Below are positions 40,518 through 51,147 of a stretch of DNA of 64,000 bases, piece after piece (positions within the stretch are counted from its first letter, which is position 1; every line of letters starts with the position of its first letter). Both the position numbers and the translations under genes were made by a program. The DNA comes from Waterburya sp. (lineage in GTDB: Bacteria; Cyanobacteriota; Cyanobacteriia; Cyanobacteriales; Xenococcaceae): positions 2,528,001 through 2,592,000 of the forward strand of contig CBDCJV010000002.1 in the NCBI GenBank assembly GCA_965217895.1. Direction: 5' to 3'. The notes under the pieces were generated by a model. That model was not told the DNA's origin. It did not search any database and saw only the letters and a list, made by a program, of their open reading frames with translations.

Positions 40518-41212
40518 AATATAGGTTTAATACAGTCTGGATTATCATTTTTGGGACTGTTGACTGTTTTACTGACTTGGTGCATTTGCAGTTCTACTTC
40601 TGGCAAGGATTCAATTAATTCTTTTCTTCCGTCAAGCTCTCCCAACCAAAGATCGTAATATTGGGCAGAAATAATTACAGGCATTCTGTGATGAATTGCC
40701 GAGGTTGCACCTTTAGCCTCAGAAGTCAAAATTGTACAGGATAAAAGCTTTTCTTCTGTCTCAGAGTCGCTCCAGGTTGACCAGATGCCAGCCAGTGCGA
40801 AAATCCGTTGCGGGGGTTTCCCCCGTTGAGGATATTTCGTAAGACGCGCCAACAATGATTTGTCCTGATAGAAATAGTAAGGCTGTTTGTCCTTCGTCCA
40901 TTCATAAAATCCAGATACGGGAATCAAACAGGGATGCTTCTTAAAACCATCTCTAAAACTAGGCTTTTCTTCAATTGTCTCTACTCGCGCATTAATTAAA
41001 TTGCTTTTCCAAGAATCCAAACTCTTGACCCAACTGGGAATCAAGCCCCAACGCATTAAGACAGCTTCGTTATTCTCGCCAGTATTAATGACAACAGTAA
41101 TGTTTTGAGATGGAGCAACGTTGAATTTAGAGCTATTTAAAGCTACGCTACTACATTTAAACTCTTTTGCTATTTCTGCCTTGGTTGTATCTAGACTAAA
41201 GCGACCGCACAT
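40514..41212 (-). CDS. SOS response-associated peptidase (SRAP, YedK/HMCES family)
   Basis: MCGRF, NVAPSQ, WGLIPSW, INARVET, GFYEW, IHHRMPVI, VNSPKND. Confidence 0.93.
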   Translation of the reverse strand: MCGRFSLDTTKAEIAKEFKCSSVALNSSKFNVAPSQNITVVINTGENNEAVLMRWGLIPSWVKSLDSWKSNLINARVETIEEKPSFRDGFKKHPCLIPVSGFYEWTKDKQPYYFYQDKSLLARLTKYPQRGKPPQRIFALAGIWSTWSDSETEEKLLSCTILTSEAKGATSAIHHRMPVIISAQYYDLWLGELDGRKELIESLPEVELQMHQVSKTVNSPKNDNPDCIKPIL

Positions 41213-41336
41213 TTATTCAATTCATTAGTAATAACTACAGTATAAATATACTATTAATAACCGATAACTGTTTTGATACTTTCTATCCCTACACTTAAAG
41301 TGCGGAATGCACTGCCGCTTTCCAGCTTGAATACAT

Positions 41337-41495
41337 TCAAGCTGGGTCGGCAGCTTTATCTGCCGTATCGTAGATTTCCTGGGGCTGATATATAGAACCA
41401 TCCCAAAATAAAATCTCATACTGATAGCAAAGGTCGCCAACATAATAAACTACCACGACAGCACCATTAAAACTGATTAAACGTTCGAGCTTCAT
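41337..41495 (-). CDS. Small hypothetical protein, possibly truncated
   Basis: MKLERLISFNGAVVVVYYVGDLCYQYEILFWDGSIYQPQEIYDTADKA looks protein-like; no family recognised. Confidence 0.4.
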   Translation of the reverse strand: MKLERLISFNGAVVVVYYVGDLCYQYEILFWDGSIYQPQEIYDTADKAADPA

Positions 41496-41648
41496 AGTTT
41501 TATTTAAGGTTAGACAAGACAAACCGAACCGTTACAAGTATAGTTTTCCCGACCAATTCAATTAATTAGTTGTTAGGGATAAAAGCATTACTATGTATGA
41601 GATGCAAGCCACACTTCTTTATTTTTTACTGGCTGATTAATATATAAA

Positions 41649-41882
41649 TAACGAAAGAAGATAACAGCCCTCAACTTCACGGCAAAGCATCCACAAACAT
41701 CTCTTTGATTAAAAGTTGGGTTATTAACCTACTGAGAGTTCATGGTTTCGATTCTATGACTGAGGCAATCAGTTATTTAAGCCATAATTTGCCATTATTA
41801 CTTTCTTTGTGTCACTGATAGGTGTAGTGAATAGATTTATTCGCGATCGCATCTTCTATTTTGAGAATGAAACAGCCCTACC
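41649..41882 (+). mobile_element. 3'-terminal 234-bp fragment of the ISAs1-family element
   Basis: Near-identical to 48935-49168 (4 mismatches by eye); ends with TIR AATGAAACAGCCCTACC. Confidence 0.92.
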
Positions 41883-42332
41883 AATCTTGGGGGAAACCCC
41901 CCTTCGGGTTCAGCAGTTTGCTTATGCCAGGGAACCCTTTCGACACTTTGCTCAACGGAGGATACCTCCGCAACGCAAGTGTCTCACCACCGCAACTGCT
42001 TCACCACGTCGCCGTCAGGCGCAAGCGTCCGACACGAGGGCATCCCTAAACGGGAAGCCACGCGGACTTGGGAATGCGCGAGATTGGGGTCTGGGGGAAA
42101 GTTCCCCCAGGAACAAATCACGGTTTTCACAGACCAATTTCATTAAGAAATGAGAATAAACATTTTTTCTTGGTTAACATTCCCTTGCTAGAGCAGCGTT
42201 CCTTTGCGAGACAGCGCGTTGTGAAGCCAGTCCTTTGCGGGTGTTCCGCCCGTTGTAGGAACTGGCGCGGGATTCCCCCCATTGTAGCGACTGTCGAGGG
42301 TGCGCCTGACGGCGACGCAGGGTCTGACCGCT
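41883..42332. repeat. Cluster of nested GC-rich small palindromic repeats
   Basis: Contains GGGTTCAGCAGTTTGCTTATGCC and CACCGCAACTGCTTCACC (reverse complement of parts of 5769-5821) and GCGCCTGACGGCGACG (as at 14614). Confidence 0.8.
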
Positions 42333-42362
42333 AATTCACATTAGGCGTACTAGTATATCTGT

Positions 42363-43787
42363 TTATGAAGTTAATATTTTAAGTTTTTCCTGCTCATCTT
42401 GGGTCAAGTCAGTTGACTGACCAAGAATTTCTTTATACATCTTGATGTATTCCAAAGCCGATTTTACCCAGCTAAAGTTTTGACTCATGGCTCGTTGCTG
42501 TAATTCTTGCCATCTATCTTTATAAACAAATCCTTCGGAAGCTCGAACCATACAGGTAAATAAATCTAGGGGTTCGTAACGATCAAAACAATAGCCAGTA
42601 CCTGCTTTGTTCATTGGCTCGTGATGACTTACCGTATCTACTAAACCACCAGTGCGCCTGACAATCGGAATGCAACCATAGCGCATTGCCAACATCTGAC
42701 TAATACCGCAGGGTTCAAACTTAGAAGGCATTAGAAAGACATCACAACCGCCGTAGATCCTGCGTCCTAATGAGTCGTTGTAAAGTAGCTGTACTGACAC
42801 TCTGCCAGGAAAACGAGTGGCTACCTGCCACAGTTGGGTTTCAATTTGGCGATCGCCCGTACCTAAGACTACTAGCTGAGAATTGCTATATGCCATAAAG
42901 CGATCGATTATCTGCAACAGCAGGTCAATTCCTTTCTGGTCAACTAATCTGGAGACAATTCCCATGAAGAAAACGTTGGGATCTACGCTCAAACCCAATT
43001 CTTTTTGTAAAGCGGATTTATTGATCGCTCTTTTGGCTATAGTATCTTGAGTAAAATTTTGCTCTAGAGCTTTGTCTTGGGCAGGATCGTAACTATCTGT
43101 ATCAATGCCATTTAAAATTCCTCTAGTCTTACCGCTAATAAAGGAAAGTAAACCTTCAAGTTTTTCGCCATATTCAACGGTTTTAATTTGTTGATTGTAG
43201 GTAGGAGAGACAGTATTAACGCGATCGGCAAACTGCACCGCAGCAGCCATTACATTATGTCCCTGCATATACCAAGGACACCAGGTAATCTGCTCTAAAT
43301 ACCATCGCCAAGGACCTTGATAAGCTAAATTATGAATTGTAAAAACGCTAGAAATATCAGGTGACTGATTCAACCACACAGGAAGCATTCCTGTATGCCA
43401 GTCATGACAGTGAACTATTTCTGGCTTCCAGTAATTCCAGCAAAACTCGGCTGCACCATTACTAAAGAAAGTAAACCGCCAAGCCTCATCTTCTCCTGCA
43501 TAAATTCTGGGCGGATCGAAAGCAGGATGACCAAATAAGTAGAGTGGAACATCACTATCTGGTAAAACACTTTCATAAACAGCAAAGCCATTAAACATGG
43601 CATTTCCCCACCAGACGGGATTAGGGGGAATATTTATTTTGTCGTTTAAAAAGCCATAGTAAGGCATAAAAATACGGACATCATGACCTAGCTTTTTTAA
43701 TACTTTAGGTAACGCACCTACCACATCCCCTAGTCCCCCTACCTTGGCAATAGGAGCGACTTCTGCTGCTACAAATAAAATCCGCAT
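42363..43787 (-). CDS. glgA: Glycogen synthase
   Basis: [41 protein letters not shown]. Confidence 0.97.
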   Translation of the reverse strand: MRILFVAAEVAPIAKVGGLGDVVGALPKVLKKLGHDVRIFMPYYGFLNDKINIPPNPVWWGNAMFNGFAVYESVLPDSDVPLYLFGHPAFDPPRIYAGEDEAWRFTFFSNGAAEFCWNYWKPEIVHCHDWHTGMLPVWLNQSPDISSVFTIHNLAYQGPWRWYLEQITWCPWYMQGHNVMAAAVQFADRVNTVSPTYNQQIKTVEYGEKLEGLLSFISGKTRGILNGIDTDSYDPAQDKALEQNFTQDTIAKRAINKSALQKELGLSVDPNVFFMGIVSRLVDQKGIDLLLQIIDRFMAYSNSQLVVLGTGDRQIETQLWQVATRFPGRVSVQLLYNDSLGRRIYGGCDVFLMPSKFEPCGISQMLAMRYGCIPIVRRTGGLVDTVSHHEPMNKAGTGYCFDRYEPLDLFTCMVRASEGFVYKDRWQELQQRAMSQNFSWVKSALEYIKMYKEILGQSTDLTQDEQEKLKILTS

Positions 43788-43916
43788 TTAATTACTATGG
43801 TGCTTATTCCTGCTAACGCTTTCTGTGTGATTATATAGGTCGGAGGGTAAAGGCGATAGGGGATCGAGAAAAAGATTTAGTATAATTTATTTTGAGCCAA
43901 GGTCACAGCAAAGATT

Positions 43917-44081
43917 TTGTAGGGTGGGCAAAAGCTGAAAAATATAAAACCGTTTCGGAAGAAACCCTTTGCCCACCAAATTAAAAATCATAAAATTAAT
44001 AATTTGTGCTTGATTCTGATTTTGGTGGGCATCAAATAAATATTCTTATTTTAATCATGGTTTTTCTCTGCCCGCCCTACG
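43917..44081. repeat. MITE/REP-doublet-like element
   Basis: Terminal inverted repeats GTAGGGTGGGCA / TGCCCGCCCTAC with internal TGCCCACC and GGTGGGCA. Confidence 0.7.
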
Positions 44082-44118
44082 ATTCATATCTTTGGTAAAT
44101 ACAAAAAAGGAGTAAGTT

Positions 44119-44598
44119 TTGCTTAATACAAACGAACATAAAGCGTATTTGCAAGGTTTGCCTAGAAAAAGAATGGGTACTGGATGTTTGTTTTTTAACG
44201 ATCAAGGAAAAATGTTGATTCTTAAGCCTACCTATAAAAATAACTGGCTGCTTCCTGGTGGCGTAATTGAAGCCAATGAATCACCGAGACAAGCCTGTAT
44301 TCGAGAAGTAAAAGAAGAAATAGGGATTGACTGTCAACCAAGCAGATTACTTTGCGTTGATTACGTTGGCGATCGCCTTAATAATATAGAATCAGTACAG
44401 TTTGTTTTTCTAGGAGGAATTATTGCGAATGAAACAAAAATCAGTCTTCCTGAACAAGAAATTAGCACCTATCAATTTCTAGAATCTAAAACGGCAGTAT
44501 CAATGCTAGGAGTTCATTCTCAATCAAGGTTAGAAAATTGTTTGCCTTATTTAGCAAGCCAGACAACAGTTTACTTAGAGAATGGCAAGCAACCATAA
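44119..44598 (+). CDS. NUDIX hydrolase
   Basis: Nudix box GGVIEANESPRQACIREVKEEIG. Confidence 0.92.
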   Translation: MLNTNEHKAYLQGLPRKRMGTGCLFFNDQGKMLILKPTYKNNWLLPGGVIEANESPRQACIREVKEEIGIDCQPSRLLCVDYVGDRLNNIESVQFVFLGGIIANETKISLPEQEISTYQFLESKTAVSMLGVHSQSRLENCLPYLASQTTVYLENGKQP

Positions 44599-44745
44599 TA
44601 TCTTGCTTCAGTTATCAAGCTACGTTATTTATTTTTGGAGCAGACAAATAAGAAGTTAACTGTCAAAATCAATTGGTGATGGTATTACTTACAATTGAAT
44701 TAATTTAGATCAAAATTTTTGGCGTTTTTTTCGCGAGATTACTTA

Positions 44746-47007
44746 ATGACTACCAAACCTCCTGCTAAGGGCAATAACTCTCAATCACCCATTAGTAAAG
44801 CTGTCACCCAAGCGGTACAAAAGATTAAAGTTAACTTTAGCCGTGGCAATTTTCAATCAGGCAAAGCGACTCCAGAGTTAAGAATTAAAGAAGCTAATGG
44901 TAAAGAAGAAACTTATCCCTTAATTGGCGATCGCTATACTTTAGGACGTAGTTCAAACTGTGATATCAGTATCCGCAATGCGGTAGTCAGTCAAACTCAT
45001 TTAATCTTAAAAAGAAATCGCAAAAAACCTCGTTCGTTTATAGTTCAAGACGAGCAGTCTACTAATGGTACTTACCGAGGTAAGCGTCGCTTTAAAAATT
45101 TCTCTTTATTTCATGGAGAAAGCTTTACCTTGGGGCCCCCAGAATTGGCTGCTGCCGTTACGGTTAAATACATTAATCCTCCTCCACTGTGGCTCTATAT
45201 TATCCGTTATTCTCTTTATGGCATGGGAGGGCTGTTGGGTTTGATGTTATTGATTTTGGGCATTGAATGGCTCAAAGTCCCTGTATATCCCATACCAAGA
45301 GAATCAACTCTACCTGTAGTGGTTTATGCCCAGGATGGAGTAACGCCGATTAATCCTACGGCACAGAATAACACCCATCGCGAATTAAAAAAACTCTCGG
45401 ATTTTTCGACCTATCTACCCAAGGCGGCGATCGCTTCTGAAGATAGTCGTTACTACTGGCATTTTGGCGTTGACCCTATTGGCATTAGCAGGGCGGTAAT
45501 GATTAATCTTTCTTCTTCCCAATTACGCCAGGGTGCAAGTACCCTTACTCAGCAGTTGGCAAGGAGTCTTTTTCCTGAAGTCGGCAGACAAAATACCGCA
45601 GGGCGTAAAATTCGGGAAATGATCGTGGCTTTGAAGCTAGAAACTTTTTACAGCAAAGATTTTATTCTTAAAACCTATCTCAACCGCGTCTATCTAGGCA
45701 TTGGTAGCTATGGCTTTGAAGATGCTGCCCAATTTTATTTTGAAAAGTCGGCAGCCGATCTTGACCTATCTGAAGCTGCTACTTTGGTGGCGATCTTACC
45801 TGCACCAAATTTATATAACCCTGTCAAAGACTATAATACTGCCGTTGGCTTACGTAACCGTATTATCGACCGTATGCTGGCATTAGGCATGGTAAATGCA
45901 GAAGAGGCAGATCGGGCAAGGCGATCGCGCATTGAAGTTAGCCCTAAAGCCCAAGAAACTCTTAATAGTGCGGTTGCTCCTTACTTTTACAGCTATGTTT
46001 TAGATGAGCTTAAAACTCTATTGGGTGCAGACGTGGCACAGGAAGGCAACTTTATCGTCGAAACAGCGTTAGATCCTCAACTACAACAAGAAGCAGAAGA
46101 ATCTTTGGAGTATTCTGTTGCTAACAACGGCGATCGCTTTGGCTATTCTCAAGGGGCAGTAGTTACCCTCGATAGTCGAAACGGCAATATACTGGCTATG
46201 GTTGGTGGCGTTGACCACGATCAAAGTCAATTTAATCGGGTAGTCCAGGCAAAAAGACAACCAGGTTCAACCTTCAAAATCTTTACCTATGCAGCAGCTA
46301 TTGAAGAAGGCATCGACACGGATACAAAATATTCCTGCGCCCCTTTCTCTTGGAAAGGACAGCAATATCGTGGTTGTGAACGTAGTAGTGGCGATATTGA
46401 TATGTATCAGGGTTTAGCACAGTCAGAAAACGTTATCGCTCTTCGGGTTGCCGAAGAGGTGGGCTTGAAAAAAGTTATGGAGGTAGCTCAACGTCTTGGA
46501 GTCTCGTCCCCGCTTACCGAAGCCCCTGGTTTAGTTATCGGACAAAGTGAAACTAACGTACTGGAAATGACTGGTGCTTATGCCACCATTGCCAATGACG
46601 GCATTTGGAATAAACCCCACGCCATCAATCGAATTTTAGATGGAAATGACTGCAAAAAATCAGGCAAACCTGATACCTGTCGCGAAATTTATGTTTTTGA
46701 CGACGATAAAGCAACCTATCGCGATGTCATCTCTCAAGATGTTACCGACAAACTTACCGATATGCTCAAAGAAGTTGTGGAAAACGGTACGGGCAAAGCT
46801 GCATACATAGATAAAGGGGAAGCAGGGAAAACAGGCACAACAGATAACAATGTCGATCTCTGGTTTATCGGCTATGTACCCAAAGATGATTACGACTACG
46901 TGACGGGGGTTTGGTTGGGCAATGACAACAATTCACCCACCAGTGGTAGTAGTTCGCAAGCAGCAAGTCTTTGGGGCAGATATATGAAACAAGCGGTTAG
47001 TAATTAA
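44746..47007 (+). CDS. Class A penicillin-binding protein with N-terminal FHA domain
   Basis: FHA (LGRSSNCD...VSQTH...STNGT), TM, transglycosylase (EDSRY, GASTLTQQ, RKIRE), transpeptidase (STFK, SEN, KTG); start at ATG 44746 or TTG 44719. Confidence 0.93.
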   Translation: MTTKPPAKGNNSQSPISKAVTQAVQKIKVNFSRGNFQSGKATPELRIKEANGKEETYPLIGDRYTLGRSSNCDISIRNAVVSQTHLILKRNRKKPRSFIVQDEQSTNGTYRGKRRFKNFSLFHGESFTLGPPELAAAVTVKYINPPPLWLYIIRYSLYGMGGLLGLMLLILGIEWLKVPVYPIPRESTLPVVVYAQDGVTPINPTAQNNTHRELKKLSDFSTYLPKAAIASEDSRYYWHFGVDPIGISRAVMINLSSSQLRQGASTLTQQLARSLFPEVGRQNTAGRKIREMIVALKLETFYSKDFILKTYLNRVYLGIGSYGFEDAAQFYFEKSAADLDLSEAATLVAILPAPNLYNPVKDYNTAVGLRNRIIDRMLALGMVNAEEADRARRSRIEVSPKAQETLNSAVAPYFYSYVLDELKTLLGADVAQEGNFIVETALDPQLQQEAEESLEYSVANNGDRFGYSQGAVVTLDSRNGNILAMVGGVDHDQSQFNRVVQAKRQPGSTFKIFTYAAAIEEGIDTDTKYSCAPFSWKGQQYRGCERSSGDIDMYQGLAQSENVIALRVAEEVGLKKVMEVAQRLGVSSPLTEAPGLVIGQSETNVLEMTGAYATIANDGIWNKPHAINRILDGNDCKKSGKPDTCREIYVFDDDKATYRDVISQDVTDKLTDMLKEVVENGTGKAAYIDKGEAGKTGTTDNNVDLWFIGYVPKDDYDYVTGVWLGNDNNSPTSGSSSQAASLWGRYMKQAVSN

Positions 47008-47027
47008 GTGAAGATAATTTTTGGATC

Positions 47028-47489
47028 ATGACTACCAAAATACCAAATCTTAACCAGTTGTATGACCGCGATTATCATTTGTGGCTAGAAGAAACTGCAC
47101 AACTATTGAAAACTAAAAACTTTAGCCAACTAGATATTAAAAATTTAATTGAAGAAATAGAAACCTTGGGCAGAAGTGAACGCAATAAAATAGTATCTAG
47201 CCTCAGATTAATCTATCAGCATCTACTTAAATGGCAATATCAGCCAGAAAAACGTAGTATAAGCTGGACAAACACTATTGATCGCGAACGAGATAATATC
47301 TGTGACTATATAGAAGATATGCCCAGTCTCAAAAAAATATTAGACAATCCAGAAATAATAGCAAAAGCCTATCGACGAGGTAAAAGAGATGCAATTAAAG
47401 AAACAGGAATGATAAATCTGCCAGCAGATTGTCCTTTTACAATTCAGCAAGTTCTTGATTCTAGCTATTTACCATCCTGCGATTTCTAA
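47028..47489 (+). CDS. DUF29 family protein
   Basis: LYDRDYHLWL...LIEEIETLGRSE...HLLKWQYQ...CPFT. Confidence 0.9.
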   Translation: MTTKIPNLNQLYDRDYHLWLEETAQLLKTKNFSQLDIKNLIEEIETLGRSERNKIVSSLRLIYQHLLKWQYQPEKRSISWTNTIDRERDNICDYIEDMPSLKKILDNPEIIAKAYRRGKRDAIKETGMINLPADCPFTIQQVLDSSYLPSCDF

Positions 47490-47686
47490 GAAGATACAGC
47501 CGTTTTCAGTCGGATGAACTACGTTTTCAATTGGGTAGCCTGTAGTTCTAAGCCATAAGCTCTAAGCTTTAAGCGTTTTTTAATTCGAGTTATAATTGTG
47601 GTCTACCAATATGAAAAGCGCAGTATCTGAAAAGCTATTTTTTACATTCAAGTTCTTGGTTTTGCCCCCCTAGCCCCCCAAGTTTG

Positions 47687-49168
47687 GGTAGGGCTGTTTC
47701 ATTCTAGAGCTAAAGTGCGGTAAATTGATATAAAACCTAATTTAACCGCTCAATGACTTCAAAAGACTGGAATAAAAGCTTAATTGACTATTTGAAACAA
47801 ATACCTGATGAGCGAAAAGCAGGTGAATGAATGAGCATCTCAGTATACTCACAATAGTCAAGGTCAATGGATTGCAATTGATGGCAAAAGTTTGAAAAAT
47901 ACTGTCAACGACTGTTATGGACAACAGCAAAACTTCGTCATGATGGTTTCGGCTTTGACTCATGAAGGCGGGGAAATTTTAGGCATAAAAGTTAGGGAAA
48001 ATAAGAAACAAAGTGAGATTGTCGCCGTGCAAGACTTATTAGAATTGCTGCATTTAAAAGGAGTGGTGTTCACGATGGATGCTCTACATTGTCAAAAAAA
48101 ACAGTCTCAGCAATTATCGACAGTGGTAATAACTACCTAATTGTGGTCAAAAGAAATCAAAAAACATTACATCGACAAATTGAGCGGAGGAAATGCGTGG
48201 GTTTCCCGCGCTTATTCCACTCCGCTGTTGAATTTCAAGCAACAAGTACAAAGGCGATTAGTTGCTTTGAGCAGATCGAGAAGACAAGAAATCGACTAAC
48301 TCATCGAACTGTAGAAGTATTGGCTCCTCCATCAAACATTGATTCTCAATGGGTTGGAGTTCATAGTATCATCAAAATTTTCCGTTCGCGAACAAGAGGT
48401 AATCACGATTACGAATCGGATTCGGCGACTTATTATATTAGTTCTTTACCCAACTCCTTCGGAGTTAAGTAGCAAGTAGCGCGTTCTGGAGAACGCCGAC
48501 ATCGCTTCGCGATGGCGACACGCTCCAGCGTGTGCAAATAGCAGATAGCAATTAAGAAAAACTCCGAAGTTGGATATGCAGCCTCTTCATTGATGAGGAA
48601 AAGATGAAAAAATAATTCAACTCTTGAATACATGCGGGCAAGCCCTTTGTCTGACACAGGAGCTATCGCTCCATGTCGTCGTCTTCGACGACTTTGCAAG
48701 CTTTGCTTGCTGTGGCAGAGGTTGAACTTGCAGACGCGCTTCGCGTCTGGCCGTTGCGGAGCAACGTCGGCAGCCTCCAGGCTGCGCTACTTGTTATCTG
48801 CTACTTGTGAACAGCAACTTCTTGGCTTATTCCCCAAGGTATTGGCCGACATTGGGGTATCGAGAATCGTTGGCATTGGGGAGGCACGGACGGCGAACCT
48901 GCGTCGCCGTATTGAGTGCCGTTTAAGGATGTCGTAACGAAAGAAGATAACAGCCCTCAACTTCACGGCAAAGCATCCACAAACATCTCTTTGATTAAAA
49001 GTTGGGTTATTAACCTACTGAGAGTTCATGGTCTCGATTCTATGACTGAGGCAATCAGTTATTTAAGCTATAATTTGCCATTATTACTTTCTTTGTGTCA
49101 CTAATAGGTGTAGTGAATAGATTTATTCGCGATCGCATCTTCTATTTTGAGAATGAAACAGCTCTACC
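47687..49168 (+). mobile_element. ISAs1-family element, degenerate, inserted in the loop of a REP-like palindrome
   Basis: TIRs GGTAGGGCTGTTTCATT / AATGAAACAGCTCTACC; flanking duplication with core CCAAGTTTG (9-11 bp); IAIDGK, TMDALHCQK, VKRNQ, HWGIEN motifs in fragments. Confidence 0.9.
48451..48812 (-). mobile_element. Non-autonomous repeat element inserted in the ISAs1 transposase
   Basis: Ends CAACTCCTTCGGAGTTAAGTAGCA and GCTACTTGTGAAC are the reverse complements of the ends of 19550-19800. Confidence 0.8.
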
Positions 49169-49539
49169 CCAAGTTTGGGGGGCTGGGGGGGCAAAAGCTA
49201 GTAAAAGTTTAGCAAAAACAGCTTTTCAGATATCCTCTTAGACAAATATAAGAAGGGCAAGTGTAATTGAACTACTTGCTCTTTTTTTACGACTACATAG
49301 CAATAAGATCCAATTGTTAATTGACCATTAGCTAAATATTTCTTCTAAATTTTATACAAGCTTCACCTATAATTCACCTATTTATCTATTTTGTTAGACA
49401 TACTTGGGTAAAAGCACTGAAGCAAATATTACCAAGATAGAAACTGCGAGATTAGTACACGCCATTCTTTTCAATTTTAAAAATCCTTTAAAACTTTTAA
49501 TACTTTTATATTTCACTCATTATTTAGTAACTTTATCCA

Positions 49540-51027
49540 ATGATTAAGTCTTATCTGTTAAACCAAACTTTTAATCTTCAGTCTTTAAGACAGCTTCAAG
49601 TTCTAGGCAATGCTACTAAAAATCCTACGTCTTTACCAGCAACATCTTTATTTGGGACAGACGGTATTCGAGGATGCGTTGGTGCAGATAAACTTTTGAA
49701 CTCTTCTTTAGCTTTGCAAGTTGGCTTTTGGGCAGGACAAGTATTACGAGCAAACAGTATGCAGCTAGCTCCCATTATTCTTGGTCAAGACTCCAGAAAT
49801 TCTAGCAATATGCTATCGATGGCATTGTCTGAGGGCTTAACTGCTGCGGGGGTAGAAGTTTGGAATTTGGGTTTATGTCCGACTCCTGCGGTGGCACACT
49901 TAACTAGCATTAGTGGAGCGATCGCGGGAATCATGATTTCTGCTAGTCATAATCCTCCCGAAGACAACGGCATAAAGTTCTTTGGGGCTGAAGGAACTAA
50001 GCTTTCTGCTTTAGTTCAGGCACAAATTGAGGCAGGAATTCGCGGTAGATGGGAAGGAAATGACATCGTAGTTTCTAGCTCTCAATTTTTGGGTAAACAG
50101 TACTATCGACCAGAATTAGTAACTCAATACATTAAATCAGTGCGTAAACCTTTTGAGTCTAAAATTAATTTGCACCAAATGCGAATTGTCTTAGATCTAG
50201 CCTGGGGGGCTGCGGTCAATACTGCCCCAGCCATATTTAAAGCTATGGGTGCAGAGGTAATTACCCTCCACGATCTTCCTGATGGCGATCGCATTAACGT
50301 TAACTGCGGTTCAACTCATCTGGCTACTTTGCAACAGGCCGTTAAAGAACATCAGGCCGATTTGGGATTTGCCTTTGATGGTGATGCTGACCGAGTTATG
50401 GCGGTCGATTCCCAGGGTCAAGTAGTAGATGGCGACTATATTCTCTATTTTTGGGGTCAAGCATTACGTCAACAGCAGATGTTGCCCAATAACACCATTG
50501 TGGCTACAGTAATGGCAAACTTAGGGTTTGAGAACGCCTGGGTCAAATCGGGAGGCAAACTAATTAGAACTCCTGTAGGCGATCGGCACGTTCATTCAAA
50601 AATGGTTGAACTGAATGCAAAGCTAGGGGGAGAACAGTCTGGACACATACTTTGTCCTCATCATGCTGTTTCTGGAGATGGTGTTTTAACCGCATTGCAC
50701 CTATCAACCTTAGTTAAACAGTCAGGCACGTCTCTGACTCAAATGCTGGCTCAAAGCTTTCAGACTTATCCTCAGCTACTCAAAAATGTCCGAGTTGAAG
50801 ATCCCGAACGTCGTCTGAATTGGCAGGAATGCGAGCCTTTACAAAAAGCGATCGCCCAAGCAGAGACAGCAATGGGCAACGAAGGAAGAATTCTTGTGCG
50901 TCCTTCAGGTACAGAGCCTTTGATTCGCGTCATGGTCGAGGCGGTCAACATGGACTTAGCTCAACACTGGTCTAATGTTTTGGTTGACTGCACAGAAAAA
51001 CATTTATCAATGACCAATGAACAATGA
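49540..51027 (+). CDS. glmM: Phosphoglucosamine mutase
   Basis: [37 protein letters not shown]. Confidence 0.93.
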   Translation: MIKSYLLNQTFNLQSLRQLQVLGNATKNPTSLPATSLFGTDGIRGCVGADKLLNSSLALQVGFWAGQVLRANSMQLAPIILGQDSRNSSNMLSMALSEGLTAAGVEVWNLGLCPTPAVAHLTSISGAIAGIMISASHNPPEDNGIKFFGAEGTKLSALVQAQIEAGIRGRWEGNDIVVSSSQFLGKQYYRPELVTQYIKSVRKPFESKINLHQMRIVLDLAWGAAVNTAPAIFKAMGAEVITLHDLPDGDRINVNCGSTHLATLQQAVKEHQADLGFAFDGDADRVMAVDSQGQVVDGDYILYFWGQALRQQQMLPNNTIVATVMANLGFENAWVKSGGKLIRTPVGDRHVHSKMVELNAKLGGEQSGHILCPHHAVSGDGVLTALHLSTLVKQSGTSLTQMLAQSFQTYPQLLKNVRVEDPERRLNWQECEPLQKAIAQAETAMGNEGRILVRPSGTEPLIRVMVEAVNMDLAQHWSNVLVDCTEKHLSMTNEQ

Positions 51028-51147
51028 TCGATGAGCAGTAAGTAGGGTAGGTAAGACCAAAGATAAGATTCTACAACAAGGCAAGTAAGCTAATTTTGCC
51101 CACCATTTAACGATCACCTATCGGTAATTAGTAATCATCTCCACGTC

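Noticed and set aside
22700..41600. Apparent lower HIP1 density in the island
   Set aside because: Impression only; I could not count reliably by eye and several HIP1 sites are present
41809..42334. ORFs of 62-114 aa upstream of the glgA 3' end
   Set aside because: Arise from GC-rich nested palindromic repeats and an IS end
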